Origin: a virus
Taxonomy: Duplodnaviria > Caudoviricetes
Length of the DNA: 64,000 nucleotides
IMG/VR virus record: IMGVR_UViG_2866513116_000002
Location: 17,938 to 81,937 of that record
Direction: 5' to 3' (one strand)
This document shows positions 27,593 through 38,080 of the stretch, piece after piece. Numbering within the stretch: position 1 is the stretch's first letter; every line of letters starts with the position of its first letter. Below the pieces are notes generated by a model. That model was not told where the DNA came from. It saw only the letters and a list, made by a program, of their open reading frames with translations, and did no database searches. A program made the translations under genes and the position numbers.

Positions 27593-28558
27593 ATGACTGA
27601 TGTGTTGTGGGCCGCTGGCAACACCACCAACTACAACCGCATCTTCAAGGCGCAGTTCGGATCTGTGTTCGCACGCGACTACGGCAACGCGTCCACCGCG
27701 CTGCTGCCGACGTTCACGCCGTTCACCTCCGACGGCCTCGCGATCGACTTCGCCCGACTGGCCACCCTCGGGTTCATCAACCTGGGGTCGTGCTCGTCCA
27801 ACGGCATCAAGTTCAACCCGAAGTTCACCACCTCCGAGGTCGATGTGTGGCAGACGCGCATGCCGGTCCGGTCGGACGTCGAGACCGACCAGGATTCGCT
27901 GACCGTCGAGTTCATGGAAGCCACCGCCGCGGTGGATGCCATCTACAACGACACCCCGCTGACTGGTCGGCCGGCGGACGGCTCGATCGGCTACAACATC
28001 GTCAAGTCCGGTGTGACGCCGCTGTTCCCGCGCCAGATCATCGTGATCGGCGTCGACCAGCAGGCTGGAGTCGAGGAGTACTCGGCCGTCACCTACGCGA
28101 TGGCGAAGCGAGACAAGGCCACCGGTCAGTCGTGGGATCCGAAGAACCCGGTGATGTCGGCCTACGATCCGGTCTCCTACATCGACCCGTTCTCCGGCCT
28201 GGCTCGCATCTTCTCGCGTGGCGGTCCGGGCTGGGTCAACTCCGGCGGCACCACCGGCGCCGTGGGCACGCCGGTCGCCGCCGCGCAGTCGGGCGACAAG
28301 GCCACCCTGACGTTCACCCCGCCGCAGACCGGATCGGGCGCCTACACCTACACGGTGCAGGAGACCACCGGTGGCAACACCACCGCGGTGTCGAGCGGCA
28401 ACGTCACGGTCACCTCGAGCTCGAGCAACAGCGTGGTGCTCACCGTGTCGGGCCTGACCACCGGCTCGGCCTACACCTTCACCGTCACGGCCACCTCGAC
28501 CACCAACGGGTCGGCCGCGACCTCGGCGCCGTCGAACAGCATCACCGCGACGAGCTGA
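27593..28558 (+). CDS. Major tail protein with C-terminal fibronectin type III domain
   Basis: LG..S..G, WQ; VSGLTTGSAYTFTVTA...SAPSN FN3 signature. Confidence 0.85.
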   Translation: MTDVLWAAGNTTNYNRIFKAQFGSVFARDYGNASTALLPTFTPFTSDGLAIDFARLATLGFINLGSCSSNGIKFNPKFTTSEVDVWQTRMPVRSDVETDQDSLTVEFMEATAAVDAIYNDTPLTGRPADGSIGYNIVKSGVTPLFPRQIIVIGVDQQAGVEEYSAVTYAMAKRDKATGQSWDPKNPVMSAYDPVSYIDPFSGLARIFSRGGPGWVNSGGTTGAVGTPVAAAQSGDKATLTFTPPQTGSGAYTYTVQETTGGNTTAVSSGNVTVTSSSSNSVVLTVSGLTTGSAYTFTVTATSTTNGSAATSAPSNSITATS

Positions 28559-28565
28559 TCACAGA

Positions 28566-28610
28566 CCGGGGCGGCGTGGGGTTTCTCATCGGTTACCCGC
28601 GCCGCCCCGG
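28566..28610 (+). terminator. Hairpin after major tail gene
   Basis: CCGGGGCGGCGTGGG/CCCGCGCCGCCCCGG inverted repeat. Confidence 0.5.
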
Positions 28611-28669
28611 CCCTTCGGGGCCACCCACAACCGATGACCTACCAACCGATGATCTGAAAGGAACAACCG

Positions 28670-29251
28670 ATGACACAGCCAGCACACGCGGCCCCGGAGA
28701 TCGTCAACGCCGAGGTGGTGGAGGAAAAGTCGCCGATCCGGCTCAAGAGCCTTCCGACGCGGATGACGCTCGAAGAGCTGCAGCTGCAGATCGCCGACAA
28801 GCTCGGCATCACCCCGTACGTCGACATCAATGTCGGCGGTCGCGACTACCGAGTCCACGGCATGCAGGTCATGCCCGATGACGCCCTGGAGCGCATCAAC
28901 GCCATGTGGCAGGACAAGGATCTCGACCCGTGGCCTGATGACACCCCGCCGCGCAAGGTGGCTGTCACCGACAAGGACGGGAAGATGACCGGCGAAGTCA
29001 TCGAAGTCCCGCGTGCAGGTAGGCCCAACACCGAGAACCCCACGATCGACGGAAAGACCGCCCCGAACCCGTCGGCTCGACTCGCTCGCTCGATCTTCGG
29101 CGTGGAGAAGTACGAGCAGTTCAAGGCCGACGGCGGCGAGTCGTACATGGTCGCCTGGGTTTTCAACGAGCTCAACGACATCGCGAAGGCCAAGGAGGAC
29201 GCCGAGAAGGGTGAGGCGGACCCAAAATCGCCCGCGCCCTCGGACTCCTGA
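28670..29251 (+). CDS. Tail assembly chaperone (gpG-like)
   Basis: Between major tail and tape measure; slippery site near its end. Confidence 0.8.
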   Translation: MTQPAHAAPEIVNAEVVEEKSPIRLKSLPTRMTLEELQLQIADKLGITPYVDINVGGRDYRVHGMQVMPDDALERINAMWQDKDLDPWPDDTPPRKVAVTDKDGKMTGEVIEVPRAGRPNTENPTIDGKTAPNPSARLARSIFGVEKYEQFKADGGESYMVAWVFNELNDIAKAKEDAEKGEADPKSPAPSDS

Positions 29252-29631
29252 GGCAGTTTCCCAACGAGATTGAAGCCGACCTCCTGTTCCGGACCCCGTA
29301 CACCATCGAGGACTGGTACAGGGGTCGGCTCTCATCGAGGGAACTCGTGGTGATCGTCACCCACCTCCCCGATGATTCCGCCACCAAGACGGCCATGCGC
29401 GAAGGCGATTGGTCTGAGGCCGAATACATGTCGGCCTTCACCGTGAACCAGCTGCTTCTCGTTCGCGCCGATCTTCGAGGCATGTTCGGCGGCCAGCAGT
29501 GGTCCCCGCCGCTCGTGAAGTCCCCGCAGCAACGGATCGCCGACGAGGCAAACCGCCAACAGGCGTCCTCGTGGAATGCCCACGTCACGGCTCAGATGCG
29601 TAACGCCCAACTCGCTCTCGAAGGGAGGTGA
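29221..29631 (+). CDS. Tail assembly chaperone gpGT extension via -1 frameshift
   Basis: C CCA AAA heptamer at 29221-29227; -1 frame open to 29631 (KIARALGLLRQFPNEIEADL...). Confidence 0.8.
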   Translation, partial: PKIARALGLLRQFPNEIEADLLFRTPYTIEDWYRGRLSSRELVVIVTHLPDDSATKTAMREGDWSEAEYMSAFTVNQLLLVRADLRGMFGGQQWSPPLVKSPQQRIADEANRQQASSWNAHVTAQMRNAQLALEGR

Positions 29632-29634
29632 TCA

Positions 29635-32600
29635 GTGGCTCTCGATTCGATCTTCGTCGACGTCCTACCCCGGTGGGATATGGCCGGCGTGCAGGCGTCC
29701 ATGGATGCGATGAAGGCGCGCTACGAGAAGTTTGGCCAGACTCTCTCGGATGCCATGGGGATGAAGGGGTCTCCCGCCGCCGCCCGTGCGGCTGAGCAGC
29801 AGGCCAGGCAGGTCGCCGCCGCACAGAAGGTCGTTGCCGACGCCATGACGAGCCAGTCCCGGCAGTCGCAACTGGCTGAGGATGCGATCTCAAAGCAACA
29901 GATCGCGCAGGCGCGTCTCAACGAGGTGCTGGCCAAGTATGGCGACACGTCGAGTAAGGCGATGGCCGCCCAGCTCAAGCTCACTCAGGCGACGCGGGAC
30001 GCCTCGGCGCAGACTGAACTCGCCACGAAGGCAACCACCGATTACGAAGCGGCGCAGGCGAGGCTCGCGAGAACCACCGAGGAGTCGGCCGCCGCCACCG
30101 ACACTCACGCAGCGCGGATGACGGCGCTCAACGGCACGCTGAAGACCGTCGCAACCGTCGGCATGGTCGGCGTGGTAGCTGCGCTCGCAGATGGCACCAA
30201 GCAGGCGGCCGAGTTCAATCGCACCACCGAATTGCTCGTCACCGGTGGAGGTTTGGATCCGAAGAACCTTGAAACAGTTCGGCAGGGCATCCTCGGCATG
30301 GCTGGTGACGTCGGCTACACCTCGGATCAACTTGCGACTGGCATGCGCAAGATCACGCAGGCGACCGCGTCGATGGGGCCGGCATTCTCCGCGCCTCAGG
30401 CGCAACTCTCTGCCCTGAAGGCGGCAGCGCAGGGTGCGTCCAACGAGAACGCCGATCTGTCCGAGGTCACCGATGCGCTGACCACGACGATGATCAACTT
30501 CAACGAGCCGATGTCGAAGTCGTCGACGATCATGTCGCAGATGGTCACCGCGGTGTCCAACGGCAAGACGACCTTCGATGAGTTCTCTCGGTCGCTAGGA
30601 ACCGTGGAAGGCGTTGCAGGGCAATATCATATCTCGCAGACCGAGCTGTGGGCCGACATGGACGAGTTCACCAAGCATGGCATCTCGGCAGAGCAGGCCG
30701 CGCAGGACCTCCAGCACGCGATCCAGGTTCTCGGGCGTCCAGTCTCCGGCGGTCAGGCCACTGCTCTGGGCATGCTCGGGCTGCAGGCCGACTCGCTGCA
30801 GAAGTCTTTGGGCACCAACGGACTCGCCGGCACCCTCGACATGGTCATGCAGAAGGTTGCTGCCATGCCACAGCTTCCCGGCGGCCAAGTGCTCATGTCG
30901 ACGTACAACACCTCGAAGGTGGACGCTCAACGTGCCCAAACGATGTACTCCGGGCTCAGCTCTGCCGATCAGCAGCAAGCCGACGCGCTCCAGGCCGATC
31001 TCGCGTCAGGCAAGAAGGCGTCCGCATTCGGCAAGGACAAGCAACTGCAGCAGTGGTTTTCGTCCTACCAGAAGTCTCAGGGATTCTCTGATCTGATCAA
31101 CAAGACGGGGACGAACGACACGTCGGCCGCAGGCCTGGTAAAGCAGGCCGTGGGCGACTCTCCGACACTCCAGACGGCCCTCATGCTCGGCGGCACGAAC
31201 TACGAAGACGTCCGTTCCATCCAGGGGCGCATCGCGGGAGCTCGACCTGATGCGAACGGCGACGTCAAGGACACCGCCCAAATGCACGCCACCACCTCGC
31301 AAGAGGTGAAGGACATCAAGTCGGGCATCAACTCGAGCCTAATCTCGGTCGGCGAGACGACTCAGGGACCGCTCAACTCGTTCCTCGGTGCCCTCAAAGA
31401 CGCGACGTCGTGGCTGTCGAAGCACTCCACGGTCCTGCAGTCGACGATCCTCTCCCTCGGCGCTCTCGGGGTGGCGGCAGCTGGCGTCAAGGGCCTGAAC
31501 ATGGCCGGGAATCTCTTCGGCGCCGACCATCTCGGCGGCTCGATGGTGAAGGGTGCGGCGCGCGGCATCGGCAGAGGAGTCTCGGCAGCAGGACGCGGCG
31601 TAGCTGGGGCCGCGCGCACTGTCGCGAACGTCCCGGGCGCTGTGGGGGACTACTGGAACTGGACCGGGAAGGCGAAGGCCGGTCAGGCCCTCGACACGGT
31701 GAAGGGGAAGGCTCGGGCCGGCCTGGACGCGGCGAAGTCTGGCGGCTCCAAGGTGCTGGAGGGTGCGAAGTCCGCCGGGTCGAAGACGCTCGACGTTGCG
31801 TCGGATCTCGGCACCGCCAGCGTGTCCGGGGCGAAGAAGGCGGGTACCGCGGTCGCCGAGCTTGGCGGCAAGGCGAAAACTGCGGTCACCGACCTCGGGA
31901 AGCTCGCCGGTAGCAACATCGCGAGCGGGTTCGAGAAGCTCGCCGGCGGCGCGTCCAAGGCCGCAAAGGGCGTCAAAGACCTCGAGGTCGGATCGAAACT
32001 GGCTTCGGCCGCAACGAAGGTGTGGTCTGGCATCCAGGCGGCCTTCAATATCATCATGGACGCCAACCCGCTGGCGCTCATCGTGATTGCAATCGCCGCC
32101 CTCGTCGCCGGAGTGGTGCTGGCCTACAAGCACTCTCAGACCTTCCGGGACATCGTCAAGGATGTTTGGAACTGGGTGAAGAAGGCGGCCGACGCGATCG
32201 GTAACGCCCTCACCAAGGCGTTCCGCGATGTCGTGGGATGGATCGAGAAGGCCTGGAACTTCGTCAAGAAGTGGCACGACGTGCTGCTCATCGCTCTCGG
32301 ACCGATCGGTCTGGTGATCGTCGGGATCGAGCAGATGGTGAAGCACTGGCACGACATCACCGATGCCCTGTCGGATGGGTGGAAGGTCATCTCGCAGGTC
32401 TTCTCCGATATGGAGTCGGGGATCCGGGACGGCATCGGCAAGGCGTGGAACTGGCTCTATGACGACGTGATCAAGCCGGTCGGCGACAAGATCGGGCAGG
32501 TCTGGACCGATATGCAGACCGGCGTGAAGGTCATGGTTGAGGCCTTCAAGCTGGAGTGGAACAAGATCATTTCGATCGTCGCCACGCCGGTGAATTTCAT

Positions 32601-35406
32601 TGTGAACACGGCATATAACGACGCGCTGGCTCCTCTGTGGAATGACATTGCTGGCGCGTTCGGTGCCCCGAAGCTGGATAAGATCAATTTCAGCCTTCAG
32701 TCGGCCGCAGGGTTCGCGGGCGGCGGTGTCCTGTCTCCGGGTCAGGGAATCCTGGTCCCCGAAGCCGCACGCGCCTTCGGCATCCGCTCTCCGTGGCCCG
32801 GTTACGAGCCTGGTATCGACTCGGTTCCCGTGCCGATCCGTGGTGGTGGCATGGCGGTCGTGTCGAAGGGTGAGGCACCGGTCGATCCGGCGCAGTTCGG
32901 CGGCGTCGGAAACCTGCTGGCGATCAATCACCTGTTCTCCGGCGGTCGGAAGAATGCCAACGGCATCCCTCCGAACCACTTCGCTCCGGGGGGCGTCCTC
33001 AGCTCCATCGGACACGCGCTATCGAGCGTCGGCAGCGGTGCCGTGAACCTCGGCAAGAGGGCCATCCACGCGACGGTCGACACCGCGGAGTTCCTGGCGA
33101 AAGTCGTCACCAATCCGATCGGCGTGATCAAGGACTATCTCAAGAGTGCCCTTGTGCCCGTGCAGGGGTCGGGATTGTCCTCGTTCGGGTCCCTCGTCGC
33201 GAAGGTGCCCGGTAAGGCTGTCGACGACATCGCGAATTGGGTTGCCGGGTGGGTGAATCGCAACCCCGATGCCGGTGCTGCGGCGGCTCTTCCTGCGTCC
33301 ATCGCCAACAATCAGCAGATAAGAGCGTGGATCTCTCAAGCTGAGCAGTTGACCGGTGTGGATTCATCGTGGACACCCGACATCCTTCGGATCATCGCCC
33401 GTGAATCTGGCGGTAACACGCACGCCATCAACCTCACTGACTCGAACGCAAAGGCCGGAGACCCTTCTCGCGGTTTGATGCAGACAATTGGGTCCACTTT
33501 CCGGGCATACCACCAGCCGGGTACCTCCACGGACATCTACGACCCGGTGGCGAACATTGCGGCGGCGATCAACTACATCAAGGGCCGTTACGGCGGCAAC
33601 CACGCCGAGGCGGCGGACGGCCACAACTATGCCGGCGGCGGGGTCGTCGATCCGATGCAGGAAATTCAGTCGCACGTCGGAACCCCTTACGGGATGGGTG
33701 GATTCAGCGCGAGTTCGCTGGACTGCACAGGCGCGACGAGCATGATCGTCAACGACTACCTCGGTGCGCCGGAGTTCGGCTCCCGCATGTCCACACCTTC
33801 CGAAGGTCAGTGGCTCTCCGCACGCGGCGCCCTTCCCGGCCGGGGCGGTGCCGACGATCTCACCGTCCTGTGGTGGGACGGCGGTACCGGCGGATTCAAC
33901 AACGGGCACTCCGAGGTCGTCCTCCCCGGCGGGCAGGTCGCTGAGGCGGGCGGTACCGAGCAGAACTTCCACATCGGCACTGGCACATCGCCCAACGACC
34001 CGCAGTGGACGAACGCAATGCACTTCCCCGCGTCGATGCTGCGTGGTGCGAAGAGTCAGCAGGACCCGAACACGCCGATGGGCATCGGGACGACTGGCGC
34101 CGGAGGTACGTCGGGGGGCACCTCGGGAGGTAGTTCTGGCGGCTCGTCGGGCGGCTCGTCGGGTGGATCATCCAACGACTTCGGCCAGACGCAGGGCGGT
34201 TTCGGCGCGCTCACCGACATGACCGATCCGTCGAACTGGACCGTCCACGGCCTCGGATCGTTCCTCGGCTCGACGATGATGAACTGGGCCCTGGGCAATC
34301 CGGTCGGCAAGGGCCTGCTCGCTGCTCAGCAGCAGGCACAGCAGCAGAACGCCACCTCTGCGACCACTGCGGCGACCGACTCCACCACGTCGTCTGCGGC
34401 GGCGACCACCGCGGCGACGACGGCCGCCACCGCGGGAGTGGATGCCACCGCCAAGGCCACCGAGCGACTGTCGAAGGCGCAGAAGACCTACAACGACGAC
34501 GTCGCGAAGTACGGGAAGAACTCGACTCAGGCGCAGACCGCGCAACTTGCGGTCACCAGCGCGCAGGAGGCGATCACCAACCATGCGGCGACGTCGGCGC
34601 AAGCGGCGACCGCTGCACAGCAGTCCTACGACAACCAGGTCAAGCGTGTCGCGATCGACCAGCAGAAGCTCAACGAGGCGATCTCGAAGTACGGTCAGAA
34701 CTCGAAGCAGGCCATCTCGGCGGCGAACACCCTGCGCAACGCTCAGGCCACCGAGGCGAAGGACAAGGCTCGGCTCGCACAGAAGCAGTCGGCCGCAGCA
34801 GCTACCGGACCCATGACGCCCACAGCCCCCACCGGGGCTACCCCGAGTGCGTCCGGCGACTCGTCGGCAAACTCGGACACCACCAACACCGCGGGCAGTG
34901 ACTCGACAACTCCGGACTACTCGGCGTCGTCGGACACCTCCGGTGCTGCCAACTACCAGTCCAGCGGCCTCGGTGTCGGCGGCGGGTTGGCCGGCGCCGC
35001 GATGGGCGCGGTCACCTCGGCCGCCGGTGCAGCGGGCGGACCTGCCGGTGCTCTCGCGGGCCTGGTGGGGGCGAATGCCGCCACCACGATCACCAACGGA
35101 GCGATCCAGTACGCCGGCAACATCGGCGGCGACCTCGCCGACGGTCTGCTCGAGACGTTCGGACTCACCGACCCCACGGACACGTGGCCCGGGAAGATCG
35201 CCACCGCTCTGGGGCAGGCGCACTTCGCCACGGCGAACACCGCCGGTCAAGCAGCATCTCCCGCGGTGTCGAAGCGTTCCACCGATTCTCGCGGAGGGGT
35301 GAGCGTCAACATTGGTGAGCAGCACGTCCACGGCGGTTCGGGCGACAAGGTCGCCAACGACATCTACCGCAAGATCAACTCCAAGGTCGGGAGTGGTACG
35401 CGATGA
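29635..35406 (+). CDS. Tape measure protein with lytic transglycosylase and NlpC/P60-like domains
   Basis: 1923 aa, Ala/Gly-rich, ANP motif, Trp repeats; RESGG...GLMQ...DPVANI; LDCTG...GH. Confidence 0.95.
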   Translation: MALDSIFVDVLPRWDMAGVQASMDAMKARYEKFGQTLSDAMGMKGSPAAARAAEQQARQVAAAQKVVADAMTSQSRQSQLAEDAISKQQIAQARLNEVLAKYGDTSSKAMAAQLKLTQATRDASAQTELATKATTDYEAAQARLARTTEESAAATDTHAARMTALNGTLKTVATVGMVGVVAALADGTKQAAEFNRTTELLVTGGGLDPKNLETVRQGILGMAGDVGYTSDQLATGMRKITQATASMGPAFSAPQAQLSALKAAAQGASNENADLSEVTDALTTTMINFNEPMSKSSTIMSQMVTAVSNGKTTFDEFSRSLGTVEGVAGQYHISQTELWADMDEFTKHGISAEQAAQDLQHAIQVLGRPVSGGQATALGMLGLQADSLQKSLGTNGLAGTLDMVMQKVAAMPQLPGGQVLMSTYNTSKVDAQRAQTMYSGLSSADQQQADALQADLASGKKASAFGKDKQLQQWFSSYQKSQGFSDLINKTGTNDTSAAGLVKQAVGDSPTLQTALMLGGTNYEDVRSIQGRIAGARPDANGDVKDTAQMHATTSQEVKDIKSGINSSLISVGETTQGPLNSFLGALKDATSWLSKHSTVLQSTILSLGALGVAAAGVKGLNMAGNLFGADHLGGSMVKGAARGIGRGVSAAGRGVAGAARTVANVPGAVGDYWNWTGKAKAGQALDTVKGKARAGLDAAKSGGSKVLEGAKSAGSKTLDVASDLGTASVSGAKKAGTAVAELGGKAKTAVTDLGKLAGSNIASGFEKLAGGASKAAKGVKDLEVGSKLASAATKVWSGIQAAFNIIMDANPLALIVIAIAALVAGVVLAYKHSQTFRDIVKDVWNWVKKAADAIGNALTKAFRDVVGWIEKAWNFVKKWHDVLLIALGPIGLVIVGIEQMVKHWHDITDALSDGWKVISQVFSDMESGIRDGIGKAWNWLYDDVIKPVGDKIGQVWTDMQTGVKVMVEAFKLEWNKIISIVATPVNFIVNTAYNDALAPLWNDIAGAFGAPKLDKINFSLQSAAGFAGGGVLSPGQGILVPEAARAFGIRSPWPGYEPGIDSVPVPIRGGGMAVVSKGEAPVDPAQFGGVGNLLAINHLFSGGRKNANGIPPNHFAPGGVLSSIGHALSSVGSGAVNLGKRAIHATVDTAEFLAKVVTNPIGVIKDYLKSALVPVQGSGLSSFGSLVAKVPGKAVDDIANWVAGWVNRNPDAGAAAALPASIANNQQIRAWISQAEQLTGVDSSWTPDILRIIARESGGNTHAINLTDSNAKAGDPSRGLMQTIGSTFRAYHQPGTSTDIYDPVANIAAAINYIKGRYGGNHAEAADGHNYAGGGVVDPMQEIQSHVGTPYGMGGFSASSLDCTGATSMIVNDYLGAPEFGSRMSTPSEGQWLSARGALPGRGGADDLTVLWWDGGTGGFNNGHSEVVLPGGQVAEAGGTEQNFHIGTGTSPNDPQWTNAMHFPASMLRGAKSQQDPNTPMGIGTTGAGGTSGGTSGGSSGGSSGGSSGGSSNDFGQTQGGFGALTDMTDPSNWTVHGLGSFLGSTMMNWALGNPVGKGLLAAQQQAQQQNATSATTAATDSTTSSAAATTAATTAATAGVDATAKATERLSKAQKTYNDDVAKYGKNSTQAQTAQLAVTSAQEAITNHAATSAQAATAAQQSYDNQVKRVAIDQQKLNEAISKYGQNSKQAISAANTLRNAQATEAKDKARLAQKQSAAAATGPMTPTAPTGATPSASGDSSANSDTTNTAGSDSTTPDYSASSDTSGAANYQSSGLGVGGGLAGAAMGAVTSAAGAAGGPAGALAGLVGANAATTITNGAIQYAGNIGGDLADGLLETFGLTDPTDTWPGKIATALGQAHFATANTAGQAASPAVSKRSTDSRGGVSVNIGEQHVHGGSGDKVANDIYRKINSKVGSGTR

Positions 35407-36407
35407 TCCCTCAGCTCACGCAATTCGGGATCAACTCTCTCCTTAGTGGTGCTGATCCGATCATCACATGGATCGACCGCAACGGTGACATCTGGCCGCT
35501 CTCTGGCGGATTGGCGCCGATCCCTCCGCTGGAGGGCGTCAACATGTCCTCCATCGAGGGGTTGATGGCGTCAATCAAGATGCTGACCCAGCAGGGGGCA
35601 CTGCAGGACGGTGACACGTGGATGGGTGCGGTCTACGACCCTGCCGAGATCACCGTCGATCTGGAGGTGTTCGCGAACTCGCCGTCGTCGTACCGAGACA
35701 TCACCCGGCGTCTCATCTCCGGTCTGGATCCGAAGTATCCGGGGAAGCTCAACTGGTTCAGCCCGGAGATGGGGGACTGGTGGCTGCCCGCGCGATTGGG
35801 GAAGCAGATCGACGCCACGTGGAAGACATCGCCTGCGCTGGTGGGGCATTCGACCATGGCGGTGCCGCTACACATCGACCAGGCGTTCTTCCAGTCCTAC
35901 GACTCAGTATCGGCTCCTGTGGGCCAGTCGGGCGGTTTCTCCTGCATGACCAACCTCGGTGATCAGGACGAGTGGGCGCGGTATCTGGTCTACGGTCCGG
36001 GAACTGTCACCTTCCACGATCCGGGCGGTGAGGTGACGTTTGGGCCGATCGAGTCCGGACAGATCGTGCTGGTCACGACGAAGCCCGGTGTCCGCGGGGT
36101 GCTGGACCTGACACCGAATCGGCCGACCACTGCGCAGATGTCGCATTGGCAAACCTGGCTGGAGAACATCATCGACCTGGCCACCAACAACAACGTGCCG
36201 CCGCTGTTGCAGACATTCGAGTCTTGGTTCGGAATCGTCCCGCCGCAGGGGAACTTGTATTCGCTTCTCAACGGTCGCTTTTCGACACCGGTGCCTGCTA
36301 CCCCTACCAAGCCCACGACCTGGTCGATGCCGATCTCTGTCACCGGCGGCACTGCGCACACTCAGGTGATCGGTGCGCTCACCCCACACCGGAAGTGGCC
36401 TGAGTAG
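35403..36407 (+). CDS. Minor tail (distal tail-like) protein
   Basis: Follows TMP; actinophage minor-tail features. Confidence 0.8.
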   Translation: MIPQLTQFGINSLLSGADPIITWIDRNGDIWPLSGGLAPIPPLEGVNMSSIEGLMASIKMLTQQGALQDGDTWMGAVYDPAEITVDLEVFANSPSSYRDITRRLISGLDPKYPGKLNWFSPEMGDWWLPARLGKQIDATWKTSPALVGHSTMAVPLHIDQAFFQSYDSVSAPVGQSGGFSCMTNLGDQDEWARYLVYGPGTVTFHDPGGEVTFGPIESGQIVLVTTKPGVRGVLDLTPNRPTTAQMSHWQTWLENIIDLATNNNVPPLLQTFESWFGIVPPQGNLYSLLNGRFSTPVPATPTKPTTWSMPISVTGGTAHTQVIGALTPHRKWPE

Positions 36408-36409
36408 CG

Positions 36410-38071
36410 GTGTACGCCGTCAAACCGGACCCGACACAGCTCACCGCAGCTCTGTACGGGCGGCCCGATGCTGCCATGAATGCGGCCCAGCAGGTGTGGG
36501 ACACATCGCCTTTGACCAATCCCGGCCAGGGTCAGGTCCTCGTCCAGATGCTCACCAATATGTACGAGTACGCCGGGGAGGCGTCGGACTACATTTCCAC
36601 CACAGCCACGTGGGTGGTCAACGACGTCGACACCGCCACGGTCACCCTGAAGGGGTCAGATCCGTTGGGGCCGTTCGCGTACAACTGCGACAAGACCGTG
36701 GTCCCGATCTTCATCACCTCAGGGTCGATGCGGTTCACCGGGCAGGTCGACACCTGCTCCCCGGACTTCTCCGAGGGTGAACTGAAGTGGACGATCCAGG
36801 TCAAGGGCGACTGGGACTGGTACAACCGAATCCTGGTGTGGCCCAACTTCGCCGCCCCGATCTGGCTGCAGGAGCCCAAGGAAGCCATCTACATCGGGCC
36901 CGCGATCTCATGCCTGAAAGCCATGGTCGGGGAACAGTGCATCCGCCTGCAAACCGGTCTGTGGGAGATGGCCAACAACATCACCGATCCCGCCGCATGG
37001 TTCGGGTCGATGCTGGAGAAAGAAGGACTTCTCACCCCATGCGCGGTGGTGCCCACCGACCCGCTGTTCGACACGTCGAAGTGGGTGGCGTTCTCGGCCA
37101 AGATGGACACGGCTGCCACGTTGATCCAGCAGGTGTGCAAGGACAATGGGCTCGTCTCCACGGCGGATGTGTGGATGCCGGGAGATGCACAGCCCACCGA
37201 CTGGTTCACCCTCACTCAGCCGACTGTGGTGTTCGACGTGAAGGACCGTTCGGGCATCACCGGACCGACGGGCACGATGGTCGACGGCCTCGTCGAGGAT
37301 GCCGTGGACCTCGAGCACTCGATGCTCGGCGACATCCTTACCCCGTTCCTCAACGCCGAAGGCGAATATGCGCCGGAGGGGGTGAACATCGCTCCCGCTT
37401 TGGGCGTGAACTTCGTCAAGCCGTGGGTGTTCTTCGACTGCGACAACCCACTTCGCAGCGGTGTCAAGGAGTTCCACGCTCCCGCTCATGCCCCGCTGGC
37501 ATGGCAGATCGTCGGCGGCGGGAAGTCACCCGACTGGGTCAACAACATCATCAACGCCACCGTCGAGTTCCTGCTCGGATCGGCGCTGACGGTCGTGGGT
37601 CTTGAGGGAATCCCCAACACCCTGCTCGACGGGGTGCTCGACGACGTGCTTTTGGCGTATCAGCTCATCGAGAACGAGCAGCGCCGGTCAGAGATGGGGC
37701 CGTACGGCAAGCCGGAGTACTTCTGCTCCACGGGATCGACCGCCTACACCCTCAACGAGGAGTTCGCCCTCGAAGGAGCGATGTGGGAGACGCGCGGCTA
37801 CAAGAGCGCAGAACTCATCTTCGACAACGGATTTCCATACGTCCTCGGCGTCGATCTGTTCCTCGGTGCGCTGGCCACGTGGAAGTTCATGAACGCGCTC
37901 TACACCGACTACGTCATGCAGATCACCCTCACCGACGACCGGGACAACCGGGTGCAGGTGACGGCGCAGATCGGTGACAACTCTTCCCGCCAGGACCCCG
38001 CCGAGATCATGCAGCGCAAGTTGGCCGGTCTGCAGACCGATCTCCAGATCGCGATGCTCTCGCAGAATTAG
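36410..38071 (+). CDS. Minor tail / baseplate hub protein
   Basis: GGKSPDWVN motif of actinophage minor tail proteins. Confidence 0.85.
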   Translation: MYAVKPDPTQLTAALYGRPDAAMNAAQQVWDTSPLTNPGQGQVLVQMLTNMYEYAGEASDYISTTATWVVNDVDTATVTLKGSDPLGPFAYNCDKTVVPIFITSGSMRFTGQVDTCSPDFSEGELKWTIQVKGDWDWYNRILVWPNFAAPIWLQEPKEAIYIGPAISCLKAMVGEQCIRLQTGLWEMANNITDPAAWFGSMLEKEGLLTPCAVVPTDPLFDTSKWVAFSAKMDTAATLIQQVCKDNGLVSTADVWMPGDAQPTDWFTLTQPTVVFDVKDRSGITGPTGTMVDGLVEDAVDLEHSMLGDILTPFLNAEGEYAPEGVNIAPALGVNFVKPWVFFDCDNPLRSGVKEFHAPAHAPLAWQIVGGGKSPDWVNNIINATVEFLLGSALTVVGLEGIPNTLLDGVLDDVLLAYQLIENEQRRSEMGPYGKPEYFCSTGSTAYTLNEEFALEGAMWETRGYKSAELIFDNGFPYVLGVDLFLGALATWKFMNALYTDYVMQITLTDDRDNRVQVTAQIGDNSSRQDPAEIMQRKLAGLQTDLQIAMLSQN

Positions 38072-38080
38072 GAGACTTCC

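Noticed and set aside
34090-34950. GGSS and Ala/Thr repeats in the tape measure
   Set aside because: Ordinary low-complexity coding linkers
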